In this document: piece by piece, positions 17,750 to 26,382 of the stretch
How positions within the stretch are numbered: the stretch's first letter is position 1
Layout: each line of letters opens with the position of its first letter
Source: Candidatus Babeliales bacterium
GTDB taxonomy: Bacteria; Babelota; Babeliae; Babelales; JANWKD01
Length of the DNA: 64,000 bases
Direction: 5' to 3'
NCBI GenBank assembly: GCA_963701665.1
Contig: OY969622.1
Span: forward strand, 832,001 to 896,000
Position numbers and translations under genes: made by a program
The notes under the pieces: model-generated
What the model was told of the DNA's origin: nothing
The model's database searches: none
The model's input: only the letters and a program-made list of their open reading frames with translations

Positions 17750-18085
17750 TTACTCTCTCTTTTTTATTCCTATCTTTTGCTCATCAACGCGGCGTTGTTT
17801 TTCTTTATGCAAGCTCTCATACATAACATCAGCAACTTCATTGACAAGCTTATACATATCTGGACCCTCTTTATGAACATGAATATCATAACGAGGTGAT
17901 TTTAAATTAAATTCGATTTTATGATGATGATGCGTTGTTTCTGCATCAAATGACATACGCATATAGATCGGATCACGTTCTTGCTCTTCTTGCAAGAAAA
18001 TTTCAATTTTTTTTATGTGTTCACGTGCATAGGTTTCAAGTGCGTTTGAATGCTCCATACCTTTGAAAGTAAATTGTTTGTTCAT
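17750..18085 (-). CDS. hpf: Ribosome hibernation promoting factor / RaiA family
   Basis: TFKGMEHSNALETYAREHIKKIE...DMYKLVNEVAD fits the short HPF fold; GAGGAG RBS. Confidence 0.85.
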   Translation of the reverse strand: MNKQFTFKGMEHSNALETYAREHIKKIEIFLQEEQERDPIYMRMSFDAETTHHHHKIEFNLKSPRYDIHVHKEGPDMYKLVNEVADVMYESLHKEKQRRVDEQKIGIKKRE

Positions 18086-18107
18086 TGCTTAGCTCCTCAC
18101 CGAAGGG

Positions 18108-18316
18108 TGTCATCCCGACCCTACTTCGCTCTGCGAGCTCCGAAGGGGTTGTGGCGAACCTATCCTCCGAAGTCTTGATGCGGGAGGATCCAGAACTTTA
18201 ATACATTCCCTATTTTTAGGAACTAATTTTATTATCTGGCTTCTACTTCGTTAAAACTTCGTAGAACAAGTTGCTTACCCCTTCGAAGCTCTTAGCGAAG
18301 TAGGGTCACAATGACA
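18108..18316. repeat. REP/MITE-like element carrying four nested hairpin cassettes
   Basis: TGTCATCCCGA...TCACAATGACA ends; the right part is the reverse complement of the left part of the 34063 copy. Confidence 0.85.
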
Positions 18317-18419
18317 ACTGGTCTTTTATATTTATTTAGAAAAATATAATTCTCTTTTTTACATACTCACCTGGTAGCGTAGCATGCACGAGCAAAATTC
18401 TCTAGAGAAGAGGGTAACG

Positions 18420-19736
18420 TTAATCTGTTTTACGAGGGATAAAGGTCAATGGGACACCAACTAAATCATACTGTCCACGCATAACGTTCTCAAAGAATGC
18501 CAATTGGCTATCGCCAAACCATTTCGGTTCGTTCACTAATAATAAAAATGTCAGCGGCGCTTTTCTAATTTGTTTTACTTTGCGCACCAACAAACGATGT
18601 GAGCTTATATAAAGTGGGGTTTTCTCAAGAGCATTTTTAAATAATTCAGTCAGCTCTTGATTGGAAAATGATTGATTCGCGCGCTCCCATATTTTTTGAA
18701 CGAGTGGCAAAATCTTGCCACAATTTTTCTTCGTTTTGCAGGAAATAGTTAATACCGGAATCTTTTTTAAAAGATGTTTATATTTTTCACAATCGTAGGC
18801 AAAGTCGGCACGTTGCTGATCGGTAACTAGATCTTCTTTATTGACAAGCAATGCGAGTGATTTTTGATGCTCAAAAGCATAAAATGCTAATTTAAGTTCT
18901 TGATCGCTCAAATGCCCTTCAGTTCCCTCGATCATGAGTAAAATGATATCCGCATTATCGACCGCGCGAAAAGAAGATTTCACCATCAGTGTTTCAAGCA
19001 GTTCAGTAACCCCTCGTTTTCTGCGAATACCAGGCGTATCAGTTATTTGAATAGTCTCTTTATAAAAGCGTAAACGCTCGGAGATAGCTTCGCGCGTTGT
19101 TCCGGCGTGCGCATCAACAATCGAGCGTTCTTCTTCAAGAAGGAAATTCATGAGCGATGATTTGCCAACGTTCGGTTTGCCAATCAGTGCAATTGAAAAT
19201 GCGGGCGCTTCTTCCTCAAAATTCGATTCTTTTGTCGCAACTTTTTTTACAATTTCATCAAGAAGATCTCCTGACCCAGTACCATGCTGCGCAGAAAGTT
19301 CAACGGCGACATTATAGCCTAATTTTTCAAACTCGTAGCTTTTTTCCTGTGCTTCATGTGAATCAATTTTATTAATGGCAAGAATCACATCTTTATCATG
19401 TTTGCGCAGAAAATTATTAATGTCCCTATCTTCAGGTAGCAGCCCAACTTTTCCATCGCACACAAACACAATAAGGTCAGCCTTTTCTACAAGAGAAAGG
19501 GCAACCATCCTGACTTTTTCTGTTAACGAATCTTGTGATTTTTTAAAACTAATACCACCCGAATCGACCAGTTCAAATGCAATTCCTTTCCATGTTATGA
19601 CATCAGAAAGAAAATCGCGGGTGACACCGGCAAAATCCAAAGTAAGGCTTTTTACGTTGACTGATAAACGATTGAATAAGGTAGATTTCCCAACATTGGC
19701 TCTACCAACGATAACAACTTTTGGCAATTTACTCAT
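18420..19736 (-). CDS. der: Ribosome biogenesis GTPase Der (EngA)
   Basis: Two GTPase domains: GRANVGKSTLFN/DSGG/NKID and GKPNVGKSSL/DTPG/NKED. Confidence 0.96.
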   Translation of the reverse strand: MSKLPKVVIVGRANVGKSTLFNRLSVNVKSLTLDFAGVTRDFLSDVITWKGIAFELVDSGGISFKKSQDSLTEKVRMVALSLVEKADLIVFVCDGKVGLLPEDRDINNFLRKHDKDVILAINKIDSHEAQEKSYEFEKLGYNVAVELSAQHGTGSGDLLDEIVKKVATKESNFEEEAPAFSIALIGKPNVGKSSLMNFLLEEERSIVDAHAGTTREAISERLRFYKETIQITDTPGIRRKRGVTELLETLMVKSSFRAVDNADIILLMIEGTEGHLSDQELKLAFYAFEHQKSLALLVNKEDLVTDQQRADFAYDCEKYKHLLKKIPVLTISCKTKKNCGKILPLVQKIWERANQSFSNQELTELFKNALEKTPLYISSHRLLVRKVKQIRKAPLTFLLLVNEPKWFGDSQLAFFENVMRGQYDLVGVPLTFIPRKTD

Positions 19737-21432
19737 GAGAACTTTCTTTTACTTCGTGAACAGTACCCGGAAAATGCTGCAAAATAAGCGTTGCATTTTT
19801 CCATACTGATGCATCTGAAACATCAAATGATGATGTTTGTCTTGGCGCTATCTTGCGCGCACTAGAAGGATACACAGGTGTTGGTGTAGTTCGCGGTTGC
19901 GGTATTTGTTTAATAATTTTCTGTTCAGGTTGAGGACTCGGCGCTGCACTTTTTTGTTCAGATTGCATTGCTATAAAAACTGGTTTGCAGGTGACCTGAT
20001 TGCCAAATATTTTTTTGAGCAATGGCTGCCACGAAGCGTGCGTATTTTCTAACCACTCATTAAAAAAAATAAAATCTTTTGAAAAAGTTAAGGTAAGAAC
20101 GTGCGTAGTTTCATCTAATGCGAGTGTCTGCATCTGTGTAAATACTGAACTTAATAAAGGATCATTCAATTGCGCTATAGCATCTAAAAACTTTTGCCAA
20201 CGCTCGTTTGCAGCAACTGGCGCACGCGCTTCCTCATCCTCCTTAAGCATTACAGATTCTGGAACACTCGTTACGGAAGCTGTTTGTCGCGCAGGAGGTT
20301 CAGATTGCGGCTCACTTGGCGATATTGCCACACTTTTTCGATCTTGAAAACGAAGTAGCATAAGTTCTAGAAAAATATATTGATTGCGCACTTTTGAAAA
20401 GAGCAGTTCATTTTCATAGAGCATGGTTAACAACTGATGTATTTTTTCACGTGAATGCTGTTCAAAGATCTTTTTTAGTGATTCTTTGTAATCATTAAAA
20501 AAGGGCAATGCAAGTTCATAATGCGCTAATACTGTTGCGTGAGCAATCATGCACAGTGCTTGCCAAACTACATCAGCGGTAATGTTTTTTGCGGCAACAT
20601 CTTTCAACAGTCTCAACATAGTTTTTATAGATCCAGTCAAAACCGCTTCAAAAAGTGCAAAAACGAGTGCATCTTCTAAATGCCCGACAACCGTGCTCAC
20701 ACTTGAACGCGTGACAACAGGGACTGCAAACCTCGCTTGCTCTAAAAGATTTAATGCATCGCGCACGGATCCTTGTGATTCTTGCGCAATAAGCAGTAAT
20801 CCATCTTTTTCATACGCAATATGTTCCGTTTTACAAATATGTTCAAGATAATCTGCAAGCACTGCCGTAGGAACTGCTTTGAAAAATAATTGGAAACTGC
20901 GTGATTTCACGGTCTCAATAATTTTTTGAATTTCTGTCGTTGCTAAAATAAAAAGGACTGAAGCAGGCGGATCTTCCAAGACTTTTAAAAAAGCATTGAA
21001 CGCCGCTTTACTCAACATATGTGCTTCATCGATTAAATATATTTTTTTTCTACCCGTCAGCGGCATTAATGCAGCAGTATCGATAATATGTCTAACATTA
21101 TCCACGCCTGTATAGGAGGCACCATCAATCTCGATAAAATCAGGATGTTTACCCTCGCTCATGGAAACACATGAAGCGCACGTCAAACATGGCACTGAAA
21201 AATTTTTAGGATCTTTTTGAAACTGCGGCAAATTATGACAATTGAGCGCCGTTGCAAAAACGCGCGCCATGGTTGTCTTACCACACCCTCGTTGGCCGGA
21301 AAATAAATATAAAGGAAAACAGTGATTCACATAGAGACTATTCTTCAAAATGCGAACAGAAATATCTTGTCCAACAAGTTGATCGAATGTCTGTGAACGC
21401 CATTTTCTGGCAAAATTAAGTGGTGCATTCAT
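19729..21432 (-). CDS. dnaX: DNA polymerase III subunit gamma/tau
   Basis: ARKWRSQTFDQLVGQ, GQRGCGKTT, Zn-binding Cys cluster, IDEAHMLS, FNAFLKVLEDPP. Confidence 0.95.
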   Translation of the reverse strand: MNAPLNFARKWRSQTFDQLVGQDISVRILKNSLYVNHCFPLYLFSGQRGCGKTTMARVFATALNCHNLPQFQKDPKNFSVPCLTCASCVSMSEGKHPDFIEIDGASYTGVDNVRHIIDTAALMPLTGRKKIYLIDEAHMLSKAAFNAFLKVLEDPPASVLFILATTEIQKIIETVKSRSFQLFFKAVPTAVLADYLEHICKTEHIAYEKDGLLLIAQESQGSVRDALNLLEQARFAVPVVTRSSVSTVVGHLEDALVFALFEAVLTGSIKTMLRLLKDVAAKNITADVVWQALCMIAHATVLAHYELALPFFNDYKESLKKIFEQHSREKIHQLLTMLYENELLFSKVRNQYIFLELMLLRFQDRKSVAISPSEPQSEPPARQTASVTSVPESVMLKEDEEARAPVAANERWQKFLDAIAQLNDPLLSSVFTQMQTLALDETTHVLTLTFSKDFIFFNEWLENTHASWQPLLKKIFGNQVTCKPVFIAMQSEQKSAAPSPQPEQKIIKQIPQPRTTPTPVYPSSARKIAPRQTSSFDVSDASVWKNATLILQHFPGTVHEVKESSHE

Positions 21433-21500
21433 GGTTACCCTAAATGGCCATCAACGGTATGGATTATTGCAATGAAAAGATAGTTGCTTTCCAACTATGA

Positions 21501-21553
21501 CCAGTCTTCGTTTATCCGGGGCCTTCAGGCTCGGCAAACTACGCCTGGCTTCG
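21501..21553 (+). repeat. RNA-gene-associated palindromic repeat, copy 1
   Basis: CCAGTCTTCGTTTATCCGGGGCCTTCAGGCTCGGCAAACTACGCCTGGCTTCG; inverted copies at 21795 and 46864. Confidence 0.85.
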
Positions 21554-21596
21554 AAGTATTTAAGAAAAAGTATAGCAGAATTGCACAAAAGAAGAA

Positions 21597-21682
21597 GGGG
21601 AAGCGCATACAAAAACTGAGGTACCCGTGCTGCTTCTTTTCAGACCTGACACGTTAGATACAAGTTTTTTATACACTTCCCC
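21597..21682 (-). ncRNA. ffs: Signal recognition particle RNA (4.5S, small bacterial type)
   Basis: Minus strand contains GTCAGGTCT-GAAA-AGAAGCAGCAC (domain IV) within a long hairpin GGGGAAG...CTTCCCC; usual position upstream of dnaX. Confidence 0.92.
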
Positions 21683-21794
21683 AAAGTTATTAACATTGGC
21701 CTGTCAGTCCAGGCTACGCTTATCCACGCTTTCCAGCTTGGCAAGCTTCGCCGGACAGTCTTCGTTTTATTCTTATTACAATCTACCTACATGG

Positions 21795-21842
21795 CGAAGC
21801 CAGGCGTAGTTTGCCGAGCCTGAAGGCCCGGATAAACGAAGA
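21795..21842 (-). repeat. RNA-gene-associated palindromic repeat, copy 2
   Basis: Reverse complement of 21505..21553 apart from one base. Confidence 0.85.
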
Positions 21843-21992
21843 TAAGCCCGTCGTCGCTTTTTCTTTGATAAAGTCAATTGCTACGTTGGTTCATGCTATG
21901 CCGGGCAGTCTTCGCATCTGCCAATATTATTTTTTTAATTATAATACATTTAGTACTGGCCGCGCCAGGCGTAGCTCCAAAGGAGCGAAGAC

Positions 21993-22084
21993 TGGTGGAG
22001 AGAGAGGGATTCGAACCCTCGATGCCCCTTTCGGAACATACACGATTTCCAATCGTGCTCCTTCAACCACTCAGACACCTCTCC
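21993..22084 (-). tRNA. tRNA-Ser(GGA)
   Basis: GGAGAGG acceptor stem, anticodon arm CACGA-TTGGAAA-TCGTG, long variable arm, GAGGG-TTCGAAT-CCCTC, encoded CCA. Confidence 0.95.
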
Positions 22085-22132
22085 GCTGAAATCACAACCC
22101 TTAATCTGGGTAAAGCGCAAGAGAGATTTGTC

Positions 22133-22999
22133 TTAACTCTTTTTGCCTGGCCCTTCAGATTTTTGTTTTACCGGCTCTTTAAATTTCTTAACTTTTGCCA
22201 TTTTCAGCGTATCAACAGATTGATCATCTTCTACAGATTCAAGAAGCACTGCAACATCATCTGTTTTTTCAGGAGCTTCAACAGCCACTTCTTGTGCTGC
22301 TTTCTTACCTTGTGTAGCAGCTTGTTGTTGTGCTTCCTTAACGGAATCTGCCAAATAATCAACAATAATTTTAATCGATTTTGGCGCATCATCGTTAGCA
22401 GGAATAACATATTGTACAAGCGAAGGATCACTGTTGGTATCAACTAATGCAACAACTGGAATACCAAGCCCTGCTGCTTCTTTAAGAGCCGCTTGTTCTT
22501 TTTTTACATCAACAATAACGAGCGCGCCTAATGGCCAGCGCAAATTGAGAATACCGCCAATATTTGCTTTAAGACGTAATTGCTTTTTTTGTAAGGTACT
22601 AATTTCTTTTTTGGTGTAATGCTCATGATCAGTTTTTGATAAGATATCATCATAATGAAGTAACTTGGTAACTGATTTTTTCACTTGAATAAAATTTGAT
22701 AGCGTACCACCAATCCAACGGTGAGCAACATAAGGACAGTTTAATGCTGATGCCGTTGCTTGAATAATATCACGAGCAGGCTTTTTAGTCCCAACCCACA
22801 AAATTGATTTTCCATCCATAATGATAGATTTCAAGAAATCAGCTGATTTCTGCATCTGATGTGCTGTTTTTGAAACATCAATCAAATACACCTTGTTTTT
22901 ATGACCCCAAATATAAGGAGCCATTTTTGGTGACCAGCTTGATGTTGGATGACCAAACGGGACACCCGCTTGAATCAATTTTCTTAAGTCGATTGACAT
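22133..22999 (-). CDS. rpsB: 30S ribosomal protein S2
   Basis: LIQAGVPFGH, WSPKMAPYI, RWIGGTLSNF, VDTNSDP, IPANDDA. Confidence 0.96.
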   Translation of the reverse strand: MSIDLRKLIQAGVPFGHPTSSWSPKMAPYIWGHKNKVYLIDVSKTAHQMQKSADFLKSIIMDGKSILWVGTKKPARDIIQATASALNCPYVAHRWIGGTLSNFIQVKKSVTKLLHYDDILSKTDHEHYTKKEISTLQKKQLRLKANIGGILNLRWPLGALVIVDVKKEQAALKEAAGLGIPVVALVDTNSDPSLVQYVIPANDDAPKSIKIIVDYLADSVKEAQQQAATQGKKAAQEVAVEAPEKTDDVAVLLESVEDDQSVDTLKMAKVKKFKEPVKQKSEGPGKKS

Positions 23000-23133
23000 G
23001 TATAAGACCTTTCTGGGTTTTCACCGTACTTTTTGGCATGCTCTTTAAGCATTTGCCACCCATAATAAAAAGTAAGGATTTTAGTATAAAATAACTTTAA
23101 ATAATGTAACAAAAATCACAAAAAATGCAATTC

Positions 23134-24537
23134 CTATGCTGAAACTGGCTCTAAACCAATGACCTCATTTTTAGCTATCGCTCTGTTATAACGATTACCA
23201 AGCAATAGTGCCGTCAATAACCAGCATCCAAAAATGAGAGCAAAGAAGACCGAATGCAGCGGTAAAAAGAGCGCCGGTCCAGCAGCTTCGGCAAAAACGA
23301 CAAATGTGGATCCTACACCCTTACCAAACCGTGAACCAAATGAATCGATCCATGACTTAGATTTAAATTTAATGTCTTTAACTGTTGGGATGTATAAGCT
23401 TTCTCGTACTGGCTGCGCAAACGCATAATTAATTGCCTGCAATAAAATAATGCTCACAATCACGGCAAATGGGGTATAGCTGAAAATAAAATAGGCAAGT
23501 ACACACCCCGTAATAATAGGGATTAGCATCAGACAAACTTTTTCGCCAAATAAATTTAATAAGGTGCGAGTGCCTAAAAATGAAATCAAAATACCAAAAA
23601 AGTGTTGTATGAATGCAACTTTAAAGAGAAACGCACTCACGCCAGAAATATCAGCAGAGTTTTCTTGAGCAACGCCCAAACGCTGATAGCTTAAAACGGT
23701 ACTTAAAATTTCGTAAAAAAAGAGCATCCCAAATATCCCTAAAATATACGGGTACCTCATAAGTAGGGTAAGGCCAGAGAATAAACTAATTTTTTCCTCA
23801 CCAGTTTTTTCTTTTGCTTTTTCAATTTTGTACACAGCTTCATAACCATGCAAGTTTTTTCGAGGAACCTTTGTCATCAAAAGGTACACTAAAAACGGAA
23901 CAAAAAGGCTTAAAAGTGAGAAAAGCCCTAACATGAATTGATGACTCTGAACATCATTGAGGCAATAAGTACCAAACGTACCGTGACAGGTAAAAAGTGC
24001 CCACGCTATCCCTGCCGTAAACATACCGCCAAACTTGGAACCAGACACCAGCAAAGCATAATTATGTTTTGCCGCTTCGGGGCTATAGACTGAATTTGCA
24101 AATGCCCAAAAGACACTAATAACAAAGGGAGAAAAGACTTCAATAAAAAAGTAAAATAACCAACCAAAAATTCTAAAAGGACTTGTCTCAGTATTTGCAA
24201 GACCAATCGTTGGATGACCTACTAAATACATACTGAGAAGTCCCATCAAGCCGTACGCTATGCTATAAATATATAAGAGCTGATGGCGACGCACCTTATC
24301 AACTAAAAATGAGTAAAACAAAACGCCAGGCACTAAAATTAACATAGCCGTCATTCTTGCCCACGGAATATATTCTTTTCCCACAGTGCTCATAAAAATA
24401 GAACTTTTAAGTTCACGCACTAACGTGTATGAGCCAATTACAAGAAAAAAAGACATTCCCAATAACAAAAGCTTTAATCGTTCTTCTCGCTCTATAGTAA
24501 AGAAAGATTTAAAAAATAATGTGAGCTTCGAACTCAT
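23134..24537 (-). CDS. Npt/TLC-family nucleotide (ATP/ADP) translocase
   Basis: About 12 TM segments; FWAFANSV and RESLYIP...KFKSKSWIDSFGSRFGKG motifs. Confidence 0.88.
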   Translation of the reverse strand: MSSKLTLFFKSFFTIEREERLKLLLLGMSFFLVIGSYTLVRELKSSIFMSTVGKEYIPWARMTAMLILVPGVLFYSFLVDKVRRHQLLYIYSIAYGLMGLLSMYLVGHPTIGLANTETSPFRIFGWLFYFFIEVFSPFVISVFWAFANSVYSPEAAKHNYALLVSGSKFGGMFTAGIAWALFTCHGTFGTYCLNDVQSHQFMLGLFSLLSLFVPFLVYLLMTKVPRKNLHGYEAVYKIEKAKEKTGEEKISLFSGLTLLMRYPYILGIFGMLFFYEILSTVLSYQRLGVAQENSADISGVSAFLFKVAFIQHFFGILISFLGTRTLLNLFGEKVCLMLIPIITGCVLAYFIFSYTPFAVIVSIILLQAINYAFAQPVRESLYIPTVKDIKFKSKSWIDSFGSRFGKGVGSTFVVFAEAAGPALFLPLHSVFFALIFGCWLLTALLLGNRYNRAIAKNEVIGLEPVSA

Positions 24538-24589
24538 TGAGTCCCCCAGTATGTTATGATGAAATACGTGCCACGTTCTGACTTTTTAC

Positions 24590-24633
24590 TTAAAAAGCCT
24601 TCTTAACGATAGTTCATTAAGAAGGCTTTTTAA
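24590..24633. terminator. Intrinsic terminator between the two translocase genes
   Basis: TTAAAAAGCCTTCTTAA-10 nt-TTAAGAAGGCTTTTTAA. Confidence 0.8.
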
Positions 24634-24657
24634 TTTCATATACTCACAATCATCTGA

Positions 24658-26004
24658 TTAACAAACAACTTGTTTAGCAGTAACTGCTTTCTTGTGTGTG
24701 CGTGCTAAATAGATAGCAGCATATAACCAAACACCAACCATGCCGAGTGAAGCTATGGTTGAGAATAAAATAAATGATTCTACTGCCATGAAACTCTTAA
24801 GCGCATTGATGCCTGAGCCCAACGCTTTTGAACCGCGTGAACCAAACATTTCCATGAAAGCTTTAACTTTATATTTTGTTTCAGGGGTTGTAGGAATGTA
24901 AAGCTGCTCTTTTGAAGGTTGGTTAAGAGCGTAGTTAAGACCTTTACAGAACACCATAATCCAGAATGCCGTAGTAAGCGTCGCAGCTGAAGCCAACACT
25001 AATGATGCAATTGCAATAACAATAGGCATAATAACGAGTGCAACGGTAAGACCTAATTTACGTCCAATGTTGTTAACGCCAACCGCAACACAGATCCACG
25101 CTACAATATTAGTATAGACACCAAACACACCCATATAGGCGGTATAGGCATTAGCACCAGTAATTTCAAGCGATGCATAATATTTTAGATAGAAATCAAA
25201 AATGGTCACAATAACTTCAAACAATGAAATTACGGCAAAAATACCAAGAAGATATGGTTGAGAAAGGAATAATTTCATATCACTAAAGAAACTTGTTTTT
25301 TCTTTAGGTTTTGAATGTGCACCAGCTGCTTGATAGCCAGCCAATTCTTCTTTTGGCGTTACACGCACAAAGTACCATACCAATACTGCGATACAAAGCA
25401 TTGCGATACTTGCAGAAATTAATAAGGTAGGAATCCCCAACCTATCAGCTTGGGTAGCAACAACAAGGGGCCCAAGAACACCGCCGGTTTGTGCACCAAA
25501 GGCAATAACTGCATAGCCCTTTTTTGCTGATTCTGGTGTTGTGGTATCTGCCGCAAATGCCCAGAAGAGCGCGACCATGATAGAACCAAAGCTTTCAACA
25601 AACACATAAGAAGTCCAGCCAATTAATCGGCCTAAAAAATGAGGATGGCCAAGTTTTGGTAACGCTTGATAAATGCCAAGTTCTGGATGTAACATGCAAA
25701 GAGCAAGGCCTAGTGAAATTAGGGCATAAATGACACTGAGCGCATAGAAAACACGCTGACGTGGAAATGCATCAACTAATTTGGAATAGATGACAATTAA
25801 GGGAATAACAACAGCCAGAGATACCCATTTTGCAAAGGGTATAAACTCTGCACCAACGTACGCATTAAAAACACCGTCCTTGATTGGTCTCAAGAGCCAA
25901 TAAACACCTATGGTAAAGCAAAATATTCCAGCTAGCAAAGAAAATTTCTTAAGCTCTTCCTTGGTGAATTCTCCCCACCAAGTTTTAATAGTCGCACCTT
26001 GCAT
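24658..26004 (-). CDS. Npt/TLC-family nucleotide (ATP/ADP) translocase
   Basis: EELKKF, YWLLRPIKD, FWAFAAD, KEQLYIP...KYKVKAFMEMFGSRGSKALG motifs. Confidence 0.9.
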   Translation of the reverse strand: MQGATIKTWWGEFTKEELKKFSLLAGIFCFTIGVYWLLRPIKDGVFNAYVGAEFIPFAKWVSLAVVIPLIVIYSKLVDAFPRQRVFYALSVIYALISLGLALCMLHPELGIYQALPKLGHPHFLGRLIGWTSYVFVESFGSIMVALFWAFAADTTTPESAKKGYAVIAFGAQTGGVLGPLVVATQADRLGIPTLLISASIAMLCIAVLVWYFVRVTPKEELAGYQAAGAHSKPKEKTSFFSDMKLFLSQPYLLGIFAVISLFEVIVTIFDFYLKYYASLEITGANAYTAYMGVFGVYTNIVAWICVAVGVNNIGRKLGLTVALVIMPIVIAIASLVLASAATLTTAFWIMVFCKGLNYALNQPSKEQLYIPTTPETKYKVKAFMEMFGSRGSKALGSGINALKSFMAVESFILFSTIASLGMVGVWLYAAIYLARTHKKAVTAKQVVC

Positions 26005-26382
26005 AATGCCCTCATAAAATTTGTTAAAATATGTATACTACCATCACACTTTAACAAAAGATTACTCATTTGTAAAAAAAAAGTACGGTTTTTTTCAGAA
26101 CATTAAAGATGCTATGTTACCCCTAGAAAATATACCCCCCCTCCCTTAGGAATACCGTCCTCCTTGGGGGGTCACCCCCCATATGTAGCCAACATTTACT
26201 AACTAATGACTCTTTGATAAACTAGCTATGAATAAAAAGGGCTAAAAAACCCTTTTAAATCTGGCACAAAAGCACTTTTTACTAATTTTTCTTGTATGGT
26301 GCGCTCACCATAACTAATGTGAATATTAATGCTTAAAAAGCAAAAAGCGTATTAAAAAAGTAACTGGAGGTAGGTTTACACT

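Noticed and set aside
19729..21432. Programmed -1 frameshift in dnaX
   Set aside because: The A-runs I checked are not in the A-AAA-AAG phase and no clear stimulatory hairpin was seen.
21445..21503. tRNA-like remnant ending in ACCA before repeat copy 1
   Set aside because: Only one short hairpin and a mismatched acceptor-like pairing; no TTC loop or anticodon arm.
21627..22447. Plus-strand ORFs 21627, 21811 and 21878
   Set aside because: They overlap ffs, the repeats, tRNA-Ser and rpsB on the opposite strand; spurious.
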